Assembly: GCA_964035545.1 (NCBI GenBank)
Contig: OZ037765.1
Span: forward strand, 31,309,504 to 31,373,503
Length of the DNA: 64,000 nucleotides
From: Bugula neritina
Lineage: Eukaryota; Animalia; Bryozoa
Reading direction: 5' to 3'
Each line of letters opens with the position of its first letter. Within the stretch, counting starts at the first letter, position 1. The position numbers and the translations under genes are program-made. Below the pieces are notes generated by a model. That model searched no databases and was not told where the DNA came from. It worked only from the letters and a program-made list of their open reading frames with translations. Below, piece by piece: positions 38,691 to 50,476 of the stretch.

Positions 38691-41449
38691 TTTTATTCCG
38701 TTATGTAACAAACAAGGCTACCCAGGATTGAATCTAAAATGAAATGTGTGAATTAGTGTAATATTGCAAATATAGAATAAATGATGCTTGACAATATCTA
38801 GAGTCTAGACTTTATTTTACCCCATTGACAAAAGACGTTCATGCAATGACGTGCTTGAACATGACTGGTTTTATTATGAAAGAAAAGTTCAAGACTAAAA
38901 CAGCTAAAATAGTCTAGCCTGTATAAACTACAGCTTTCTTGCTGTAAACTCAAATTCCTCACTTTACATAATCTCAAATAAATTCATTTAGACGTTGCAT
39001 GAATTTTATCAACACTTTGATCATGTTAGAGCCTATTTCAAAGAAATACCAAATTTAAATTTAAATAAGCATAAAATTTATGTGTTTGATATAATACGTG
39101 TATATTTATATATTCAAACATATTTATCTTTATTAATGAATTTGAATGCATACACAGTACTGATGAAAAGTTTAGTTGAAAATTTAAGAATATCTCGACT
39201 TTTGTCAACAGTTGACATTGCATTTAAATTAGATGCACTTATGTAATTTGTAAGTTGATTTTAATAACCTGAATTTGACAGTAATATTAGACTGGTTGCA
39301 ATATTTTTTCACTTTTATATGATTCATAAGCATAACATTGTTAGAGTATTTAGCACTGAAAAAAAACTGACTAAAATGGTGAAGACAAAGTTTGACATAT
39401 AGCCAGTTATACCACTGCTGTAACTCATGACTGTAATTGTGAGTTTAATTTTCGATGTTAATTAAAAATTGATTGAACACGGCTTTGCCTGGCTACATCT
39501 ACAATACATGTTGATTAACTTATTGATGAAACAGCAACTTTATATTAGCCAGAAGTCAACGCTTTGTATAGAAGCTAAGGCTTCAATTATTTTCCATTCA
39601 GCAGTGCATTGATTTGGCTAAAAGTGAGAGAAAATGATAGATCACTGAACCTTGACAACTACATTATTTTAATTGAATATAAAAGAGAGTAAAATTTGAA
39701 TAAAAACAATCTAAAACCCAGCTTACCAGCGACATAAGTTACCATTTTGACCCTACAGATCTAAGTAATATATTCTCACACTGCGACATGTCAGAAGAGT
39801 ATGAGCAGAGTTGGTACTAGTGTCACATACTCAGAATTGCAACATGCAATACTGAATCAAGCTCTAGCGACTGGCAAATGTAATCATACTGATGCTTTAC
39901 CCCTACTAGCTGAGTTATAATGGATTAACTAGTATCGTTATAGCTAATTTCATTTTAAAAGCCTTGCCTTAGGGTTATGATTTATTTTCATTTACTGACG
40001 GCTAACATTTCCAATTGCTATGTTCCTTGATGAATTTGAGTTCAGACAAAACTAATTTAATTTAGAGAAGCTGGATTACTGCTAAAATTCAAAAGTATTT
40101 AATGTACTATAAATGTATATATATATAGTATTGAATAACTAACCTTGACTATTAAATCTAGTCAATAATAATTGAAAGGTAGCTTTGTAAGTGTAACATT
40201 AACTTAAACTAAAATAAGAGTTCTGCAATAGAAGCAAATACTTAGATGTAATCATGCAGTCCAGTGAGAAACTTGACAGACATATCAAATCCATAGTTAA
40301 CAGGTTAGCAAAATATTTAGCAGCATTAAACACCCAGGAAATAGACATTTTTGCATACCTTAGCATGTACACTTACAGGCTAATTTTGCAGACACATTTT
40401 ATCATCTAACAAAAGAACCTGTGATCAAACTGAGCAAATTAAAAATTAAACTATTACTTTTACTATTAGCCTTAAATTTATTGCAAACCTAAAAGAAAAC
40501 CATGACATCAAGCATTAGCATTAACTTTAAGATCATTTATCATAATCATCATGATTATGTAGAATAAGAAAAAGATGTTCATGATGTTGAACTTATAGTA
40601 AGACTAAGTGCAACTATTAGTATTACTATATTTATTGATATGATTAACACTTAATTATTATATTTCATTATTTGTTGTACTTAACTAAACCTAATAGTAA
40701 TAATTATACTAACAATAATACGAATAGTAATAGTATTGGACTTGGTTGTACTTACAGTTATAGTCTAATTTATAGTAGTAATGCTAATAGTAATATTAAT
40801 AAAAATACTTAGCCTTATACTTATAGTTATAGTGATATAAGTTATACTCATACTAATAGTAATAATATTTGTTAATAGTTAGTGTTACACACTGGAAGTT
40901 AAACTATAACAATAAGTTAGACTCACTAAGTTAGAGTAAAACCAAGACATCAATTTATAATTATGAATACGATATTTGATATATTCTAATTCACTGTTAA
41001 ACTTACTGTATTGTATAACTGTAAGTATAACTATAAGTTTAAGTCATGCAGTTAATGTTTTAGTAATAACTTTTAATTTTATTCCAACAGTAACTCAAAC
41101 TCAAAGTAAGCCTAAGAGTTAAACTTAGACTATTGAAGTAAGTTAGACTTATTGTTATTCTTATTAATTATCACTTAGAATTCGTCTTATACTTAATCTT
41201 ATAGCCACATTAACAAATGACATATTGATAGTGATATTGATAGATTTAGAATATGATATTGATGCTGATACTCAGTCCACAGTGTCACACTCACACTGAC
41301 ACTGACACTAAATCTAATACCAAGTCTAATACTAATACTAATACTTATAGTAACTAACAGTAACAGCAACTCACTCTTAGTTTTTACAACTTTCAAATGC
41401 TGCCTGCCTACTAATCATTATCATAGCTAGACTCAGTCACAACTTATAA

Positions 41450-41930
41450 GTGCTGTATAAACGTGAATCCCTTTTGTATAGAACGCAGAGATTTTTCACT
41501 TGTACACGGGCGGACAACACATTTTATACTGCGAGCCATTTTGGGGTTGCTGCTTCTAAATAATCAAAGTTACACCTGATTGGTCAATGTTCCCAAGTCT
41601 TTGCAAAGTTCATATTTTTCTGACCAATACCGATATTCAATTGAAAACAACCTTGACACATCTTTTTTAAATAAAAACTTGAAGCAAATCCGGGGAGCGT
41701 AAAAACGTATCGTTAGAATTGCATTTATACAATAGATTGAAACTATAGCTTCCGTCCAAGTGGCAGAGGACGAGCATATTATAATATATTTATTCTATAC
41801 GTATATGATTGAACTAGTTTGTGTGCTGCCGTATTGAAACGTACGAGTCCTGTCGCTGGCAGCTACAGTGGAGGTTTTCGGGAGCGCTTAGCTCAATATC
41901 TCCTTTCGATGCTATCCTTTACGTATGTAT
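41450..41930. promoter_or_regulatory. Probable bidirectional promoter between BTAF1 (-) and the egalitarian-like gene (+)
   Basis: CpG-enriched patch between two low-complexity tracts. YY1-like GCCATTTT (41535-41542), ATTGG (41579-41583), CCAAT (41624-41628) and a plus-strand donor TAC|GTATGT at ~41922. Confidence 0.5.
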
Positions 41931-42184
41931 GCATTATAATTATAGGTACTAGTAATAATGAAAATAGATATGCATCCTTCAAGTTTAGGTTTAACCAGTT
42001 TAAGTTTATTTTATAAGTAATATTAATAGTATTAGTAATAATATTCAATACTATTGAATACTATTAGTATTAGAGTATTACATTTACTATTACTATTAGT
42101 ATTACTATTAGTATTACTATTAGTATTACTATTAGTAATACTATTAGTAATAGACTAATACTATTAGTATTAGTATTACAGTTA

Positions 42185-42710
42185 CTATTAGTATTAGTAT
42201 TACTATTACAATTTACTATTAGACTTAGTATTTGTCCTAAACTTACTCTTAGTCACTAACTCTAGTCTAATACTAACTCCAAGAGTAAGTCTAATAGTAG
42301 TACTAGTAGTAATAGTAATACTAGTACTAATAATAATAATTAGAATTTATTTTAGTTTTAGTTTTACTTTTACTGAGACTGTGAAGTTGAACTATCAACT
42401 ATTACATTTACTTATTACTATAAATAATACTAATAGTAATACAGTAATACTAATAGTAATAGTAATAGTAATAATATTGCTATTGAATCAATAGTAACAT
42501 TATTACTATTACTATTAGTATTAGTATTATTTATAGTAATAAGTAAATGTAATAGTTGATAGTTCAACTTCACAGTCTCAGTAAAGGTAAAAGTAAATTT
42601 TAACTATTATTAGTACTAGTATTACTACTACTATTAGACTTAGTATTAGTGACTAAGAGTAAGTTTAGGACAAATACTAATAGTAAAAGGAATACTAATA
42701 CTAATAGTTA
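42185..42710. repeat. Large imperfect inverted repeat (fold-back palindrome) centred at 42487
   Basis: The arms contain exact reverse-complement blocks of 35 and ~65 bp. The centre is CTATTGA-A-TCAATAG. Confidence 0.92.
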
Positions 42711-45700
42711 TAGACTAATACTAATACTATTAGTATCACTAATACTAATAATATTACTGTAATAGTAAAACTAAATCACTAAATTTAATACTATAACATT
42801 GACTATAAGTATTAGTATAACTAATAGTATTACTAGTTAGTAGTAGTAGTACTAATAGTAGTTATAGTAAATGTAATACTAATAGTAATACTAGTAATAC
42901 TAAATCTAATACTAATACTAATAGAGTAATTTATCACCATAATGGTAATTATTAATGAGTTGGTCATTTATGAGCATTTTGAAAATCTCACTCTTACTCT
43001 TAGTCGCAGTTTTAATGATTGTTATCTTTACAGTTTAGTATAACCACAACATCATTGCAGTAAATAGTAGTAGTACTACAAGTACAAGCAACAATCACAA
43101 TGACAAGAATTATAGTCTATAAGTATAAGTATAAGCCAATGACAATCTCAATGACAATGGTCAATGAGTGTCAAATCAAAATGTGAATATAAATGTTGGT
43201 AAGAGTTGCGACCATAACTGATGGTCATAACTAATACAGTAATACTCATAGTAAGAGACTTCTAATCATGTTGATGTTTAGGTTGATCATGATTAATTTG
43301 AATGTAAAGTGAATGGCGTTTCACAACAAAAGTATAAGTATTAGTATTCCTGGAGTTGCTGATAATAATAACCTCATTGCTGGTTGCTCAGTTCAAAAGT
43401 TTGTTTTTAGTTTCTCACATCCCACTTAACATTTTGCTTGTTACGCATTATGTGACAAAAATATACCACACACTGGTGAACATCAAAATTTGAGCAATCT
43501 ACTTGTCTGCTATGGATGGGTACACGGTGCATTCTGGTAACTTGGGGACCCAATTTGAATTTGCATATTTACATTAGCATTTTTTGCAGGAAATCCAGCA
43601 AGTACCCATGTTTTTTAAAATACTGATGGTTAGTAAATTATTGTTGTTTGTATTATTGTCATTATGTATGTGTTGTTCCAGCTGATAAATAATAAATTGA
43701 ATTATTTTGTAATCGATTGTTATGTACCACTTTAGATAAAGGTTTTGAAATACAAAGTTCAAGACATAGCATAGGCTGTTTAAGTAGAATAACCGGCTGC
43801 CTACTTGATGATACATTCTAAAACCACTAAAAACTAGCTGATCAAAACTAAGAACTGACATAAAACAACATTATTAGTCATTACATGGTCACAGTATGAT
43901 TGTCTAGACAACTATAGAATTCCAACATGTAAAATTACATAATAAAGAATGAGAGCATTATTGCACTATATTGTCACTACAACTACAAGTTAAAAATTAA
44001 TTATGCATAATGTTTTTTCCTCTATTTTAACTAACTATTCTTATAGCCAGTGCTATAACTTTGGAAGTATCAGTTGGTTGATGATTAGATCTGTGATAAG
44101 TTCGAGTGTAGATCTGTTGTCAGTATAGCCTCTTAAGAGGCAAAATATATAATACAAAGATTTTTTCCCCCTTAGAGTTACTCTGGTAGCTCAGGTTTCA
44201 GTATTTTTTATCTAAGTACTATGCATAAAAGTGCATACTATTTCTTAACCTTGGTTTTTATTTTTGTTTGAGTTAATAAAGTATAGGGTTAATCATAAAT
44301 GATGAAATATTCCTTTTTAATTTTTGTGTTTTCTGACAGTTTTAGCATGAAAATCCTCAGTACTTTTACAAATATTCTAAGTTGATTTGCAGTGACATAT
44401 GTGTCTGGAAAGAGCATCTTCCTTTTACCCAAAGTTTTGGTCAGGATGCATTTTAATACATTATTGAGTCATGAACATGTTCCTTTGTCAACAGTTGCAA
44501 ATGTTTAGCAGTTAAATTCCAAGTTAAAAATACTGACTGTCATTTCCACCAAAGCTAAATGATCTCTATGATCTCAACAGACATCCTGACACCATAGTTG
44601 ACATAGAGGTGGTGGTCAGCTATTCAGGAGTAAAAATGGTGTCTGGTTTTAGTCTGTTTACAGTTTGCTTATTATCTTGAGAATTACATGTTAGAAGCAA
44701 AGTGCTATGTGTTTATTTCACAAATAAACATTGCTGTACTTCTATACCTCAGTCTCTGAGCTGTAGTTCTAGTAACTCTTTAGGAATTTCAGGATTGTTT
44801 CGCACCTTTGACTTTTTCTCTCTTCTAGCTCTTTTAGTTCATTTTACTTTGTCATTGATACCTTTTACTCAGCATCCTGTAGAATCATAGTAACTTAACA
44901 TTGCGAGATGCATATGAAAGCAAAAATATAAAATGTATAGCCTCAATCTGCTTCATTATATTTTCATGTTTTAAAGGCTGAGATTAATTTAGTTACTAAT
45001 TGTATTTTTTACTAGAATAAAGAATGTGACGCTTCAAGCAGTTTAGGTTAGCTGTTTGATTCAAGATTCAAATGATTTTAGTTTAAAATATAAACAAGCC
45101 ACATTGCCTAGAACAAAGAGTTGCTAGGGGTTTATCCAACTTTCTAACTATCATGGTCTTGTCAAAGATGATGATCCAGCACTTTACTTGTACTTACTAA
45201 TGTGTAACAAGGCCTATATAGTCTGCTAATTTGGGATATTTCACAGTTATCAGGAACCTCAATGATCTTAATTATAATATTTTAAAGATACAGTATGAAG
45301 GTTTGGTGCCAGCTATGTCATGCTGTGATATGTTTTATCTTCAGCGCACAAAATATTTTCAACTTATTCATTAGTTCACATTTTTCAATAGCAGGTAGTG
45401 ACAACTCCTAAAAATAAATGAAACCCTGCTTGTGAATGATGAAAGCTTACAGTATAAAAAATCTTGCGTGATTTCCTTTGTGTTGGTGTTCAGCTTTATG
45501 TACAGTCGAGATGGCTTTGATACTATCACCACACATACAAGGTAATAGTCTCTTAAGATGAAGTTCTAGTGTGGAGGCTTTGCACACTTCAAATCTGTTT
45601 ACCATATTTTAGCCAGTTTTTCTTATATCGATTTATTGTAATGCGTTTCCAGCTATAACTGAATCGAATTATTAACACTTGAGGTTGCTTCCATAAACTA

Positions 45701-46621
45701 TAATTCTTCTAACATTAATTTTAAGAAAAGTTTTAGTTCCACAAAAATTCTAGGTTTCTGAGACACCTAAATTTGACTCCTTTAGGTGTCTCGTAAAGCT
45801 GGGTAAGGTGATAATGGCAGTCTCTGCAGTCAGCTAATTATGGTGATTTGATATAATATTATGTGTTGCCTTTATGCATCCTCATAAAAGCAATGAACCT
45901 AATGCCTCAATACAGTGAATAGGAAATTTTCCTACTTCACAATACTGCCTGTGAAAGCAGTTCTTTGTGTCTAGAAAGGTAATCTGGCATCTCAGGTGTG
46001 GTTGCTAACTATAGGCAAATGAGATTGTTCAATAAACATCAGTGCTACTTAATGAAATGTTCCCGGCATCTTTGGTCATTTTGTTGTTGAATAACATAAG
46101 AGACGGACAGCAATTACTGTAGTTGTGTCTAGTGACACAATGCATTTCTCAACTCATTGTTAACAGTTGATTGTTGACTTTCGATTTCGATGGTGTTAAA
46201 GCTTTTTTCTGGTAGCTCTTTAACAGTCGGGTAAGTTTTGAGCATAGTTGATAGTACACTCACCTGAAAGCCTCTCTGTGACTAGTGTGGGAGTCAAAAT
46301 AATAGAATGTTGATTTTCTGTTTGCCTTCAATCTGCTGTGCGGAACTGCAAAAATTTATGAACCCTAGTATAGGCCAGCTGCCTAAAAGAATCGAAAACT
46401 GCTGGTTGTATGCAATTTTGCTGGGCTATGTTTTGTTTAGATCAAGTATGTATAAACTGTTGCATCGTTGTTTTCTCTTGTTTACGAATGAGAATAGGTA
46501 GATGGCAGCATATCTTTTTATCTCTTCATATTTTAGATTGAGAAAGGATTCATTCTTTGGTGCAGTAAACTCTTCCACAGACCAGATTTTCGTCTGAATC
46601 TCAGCTGAAGACACACTTAAG

Positions 46622-49217
46622 ATGGCGGATGAAGCTGGGCAGAAAGCTATGCTGCACTTTATAGAGATCCTCATGAACAGCTCTGCACCACTTTCTATAA
46701 GTCAGTTAGCTGGTCGTTTCGGAAGCAAAAATTTCACTCCAGAAATGAGGACTGCTGCAGGGGGCAATGAAGAAGGGCTGAAGTCCTTCCTGACTAAATA
46801 TCCTTCTCTCTTTAATATTGAAGGTAGGTATATGCAATGCTTATACAGTTTATATGTAAAGTTTAGAAAATAGAACTAGGCAAAATTATTCATGGTTTAG
46901 GATGAATGCTTGGAAAAAGCTAACAAAATTTTATAACGGAATGTTTCCAGTAGCAAGTTTTGTACAAGAAACGTTTGGGGTGAAAACATTTTTTATTTTG
47001 AATATAAGCAGTTTATACTATAGCATGTGCTGTTGATCATCTCAACCTTTTGAATAGCATCAATGCTTTCCAAGCTGTAACCAAGCAGTCCTAGCAACTT
47101 TAAAATAAGGTTGAGAATTTGGAGTTGTTTTCACCACAGAGTATGAAGCATTTTCCTCCAACTAGACTAGGTGCTCTTCATTCAGCTTGAAATGGGAATA
47201 GTACTCTTTGATCTAATGCTCGCAAGACAGAACTTAAAGCAGCATTTGACATTATTTTGTGTCTCCGGATATAAATATTGGAAGGGAATTATAAATTATT
47301 GATACAGCAATAGAAATTAGCTTTAGAGGTCTTCATATTATGTCTGTTTTGTGCTAGTTCACTCAAAGAGTAAATGCCTTTAGACATCACAATGCTACTG
47401 AGATACCCTTTACATCTTACAGGCTAATATTGCTCTAACATTTTATACATATTATATGTAACAAGTATTTAAATGCCCTAAATAAGTATGTTGTTGTATT
47501 ATTATACAGTTGATGGTTTACTCATTTGATATCATTTGATAAACTGTGCCATGTAAAAATGAATTATGCGTTGCAAATACCCAAACAAAATATCAGGGTA
47601 TTTGCAACATCATTTATATACCTGTATGTACCACCCATTCATTTATTGATTTGACAGTGTTGTTGTATATTTTTAGGCAATATGGTTTCTGTGAACATGC
47701 ATGGCACGCCCCTTCCTGAGAGCTCCGATGACGTTGACTCAGAGTCTAACAAGCCGCTGATGTCGGCTGTGGAGGTGGAGCTGAAGGCAGTCGACTACTT
47801 CCAGGACAAGTTGCTGAAGAAAGGGCTGGTCATGCCAGTCAAGAGCCTAGCCGGTCATCTCTCTCAGGCCCCGCTGCACATGAGGAACGTGGTGGGCCCC
47901 CAGACCGAATTCAGGAGCTTCCTTGTCAAACACAAAGATATATTTGTGGTTACAGAGGACGAGATGGTTACTTTAACTGAAGATATATTAAACAAACCAA
48001 GGTCTCAGGCAACAATGAACAGAAGCGAGAGTGACAGCAGTCTTGATTCTAATACAGCGTCTAAATCTGTTAGTAAAGATAGCAAGAGTAAGCCCTCTCC
48101 TATCACCATGACGGCCAGTGAGTATAAAACCATGAAGTTTTTGAAAGAGCTGGTTGAGCGAAATGAAGGAAGAATCTCTCTTGTGGGCGTGCTCAGTCAG
48201 GTGCCTGATGCTGCCGACTCTATTAGAAATATTCTCAGTGACAGCGAGGCCAAGCTGACTAGTTTTGTTCAGAAGTTTCCTAATATTTTTGTCCTGGTGG
48301 ATGACATGGTGACTCTGAAGAAGACGAAGCTGAATGTAATAATGGCGGGGAGTCGTCCAGTCACTAGTCCCAGTAACAGTGTCACTGACAGTTCTCTGTC
48401 CCCGCCATCCGATAGTCACTCGGAGAGTTACAACACGTCTACTTCCTCTAATATGACTGACTCACTGGAGAGACCCTCCTTGTTGTCTCAGTCTAGTGGC
48501 TACTCTCACTCTTCATACTCCACTCATCGCACGCTCAGCAATCACAAAGGTCCTGTCTACCATCTCGCAAAGCTCTGGGGAATCATTGACCTGGGGCGTC
48601 ATGAGCACGTCTTCTTTGACAGGTCTATACTTCCCGATGGGTATGACGACCTGGTGAAGAATTTCAAAATAGGCCAGATTTTGAGATTTAATGCTGTTCG
48701 AGCTGCACGAGGTAGCCGAGCTCGCTGGAGAGCCACTCACATCTGGCGAGATGGAGAAGATATTCGCAGTATGTATGGCATGAACGCCACTTTCTCCATT
48801 ACCGGCTTTAACCCATCTGGCGTAGACGATGAAATGAAAAAGTTACTTACTCAGGCCAATGCTAATCTAAATACAAACTCGAATGTAACTAACGACAGTT
48901 ACTCATACGTAGATGCTAGTCAGAGTAACACTGGCTGCATACCTGTCTGGACAACGAAACCCAAGGCAGACTTAGACGAGTCCAGCAGACGGAGCTTAGC
49001 TTCCCTTTCCATGGTGCCTGATAGTAGTTATAGTCTTAAATCTTCAAACCAAGATGGGAAGTCATTGATACCAGGTTATATGCTAGTTCCAACTGCTAAT
49101 GCAAAGCTCATCAAGTCCTGCACTAATGGAACAAATCAAATAACCCGAGAGATAGGTTGTCAGACTATTTCTACAGGAGACATTATGGCTACTCAGTTGT
49201 ACCAAGAAGAAGATTAG
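46622..49217 (+). CDS. Egalitarian-related protein, 580 aa: three Egl-type winged-helix domains, a cold-shock/OB-like domain and an LC8-binding tail; exons 46622-46823 and 47677-49217
   Basis: The N-terminus (AMLHFIEILM..LAGRFGSKNFTPEMRTAAGGNEEGLKSFLTKYPSLFNIEG) and second repeat (AVDYFQDKL..PVKSLAGHLSQA) resemble recalled Drosophila Egalitarian repeats. The C-terminal GCQTISTGDIMATQLY resembles the Egl dynein-light-chain site. No 3'-5' exonuclease-like domain is present. Confidence 0.85.
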
Positions 49218-50476
49218 GTCAACTGTCACATCTATTTATTCAAATATGTTTGAAAATGTTTAGAATTTAGAGTTAGTTGTTAAAAGTTTGCCATTTGGTT
49301 TTAAACTAATCAACTACACAGTTTTAATTAATCAAGATAGCAGCTGTAGTGCAGATCCTGAGCAACTTAGGAATTATAAACTAACACACATTGCATACTT
49401 ATCAGAGTGAATTATTTTACTATGTGATAATATTGGTGCTGAACCTAAATTATGCTTCAAACTTCCAAATTATTGTTAGTGTAGCCTCAGATCTGAGAGT
49501 AATGTGTTCAGTCATATTTTCAATAATTTTTGCATAGTTTTTTTGGTTGAAAAGTTTTAGTTAACATTTTTTATTTATAAACTATTTTTATGTTAAATTT
49601 TACTTTATTTTTGTTTTGTTGTAATATCGAAACCCTATCATGAGTATACCCACAGCTTGTTATGTATGTTGTGAATTATTTTGTCAGTTGTCGAACAACC
49701 AACATTTATTTATTGCAATTTGTTAATGCTCACCACCCTTTAATTTATTATTTTAATATAAATTAGTATATACAAATTATGTTGTTAAAAATAAACTGTT
49801 ACAACTTTAACTTTGCTACACATTTGTTTATTGCTTACATTTATACTACAATTTTTAATTTTGGCTGCTAATTTTAATGACTGCATAGCGGCTTCATTTG
49901 CAATCATTGCTCATCAATTGGTCAATACATTGTGAATTAAATAGGAAAATGCAAAAAAATGACACCAATCCACGAACTCTTATTATTGCAATTTCAATTA
50001 GACTCTGTTTGGACTGTATGTGATTTTTGTTAATATGATATATAGCATGGCCCATACTAGAGGCATGTGCATCATAATCAATCAATGAGAAAAATCATTG
50101 ATAGTCGGAAAAGTGCGGCCCAACTACTTGTGTTTGCTTCGTGTTATGTTTTAAAAAGAATATATTATTTAGTATAGGCAAATTAAAACTTATATAATGC
50201 AAACTACCATTAGCTAAATTCTATTCTAAAGAGTTAAAATCAACATAATATTTTGTGATCTAGCGCATTTATCGTAGGAGTTGTCTTGTAAAAATAGAAG
50301 TTGTCAAGCCCCAACTTCAGCATAAACAATGTCGCTAATATTCTTCGTAAATATTATATAGGCAAATTGTATTGCACTATAATAATTCGAGATCAGAAAA
50401 CGATTTAAGACGTTTCTCAAAGTTATCTTGGAGCAATACCAAATCGCATTAAATCGATTTCACACTTTCAGAAAAC

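Noticed and set aside
47988-48740. Antisense ORFs over the egl-like exon, and similar ones over SF3B1 and GABPA exons
   Set aside because: These are shadow ORFs of real coding sequence, with no splice or homology support.
46622-49217. Calling this gene egalitarian (egl) itself
   Set aside because: The 3'-5' exonuclease-like domain is missing and a CSD-like module is present. Orthology is not established, so no symbol is given.
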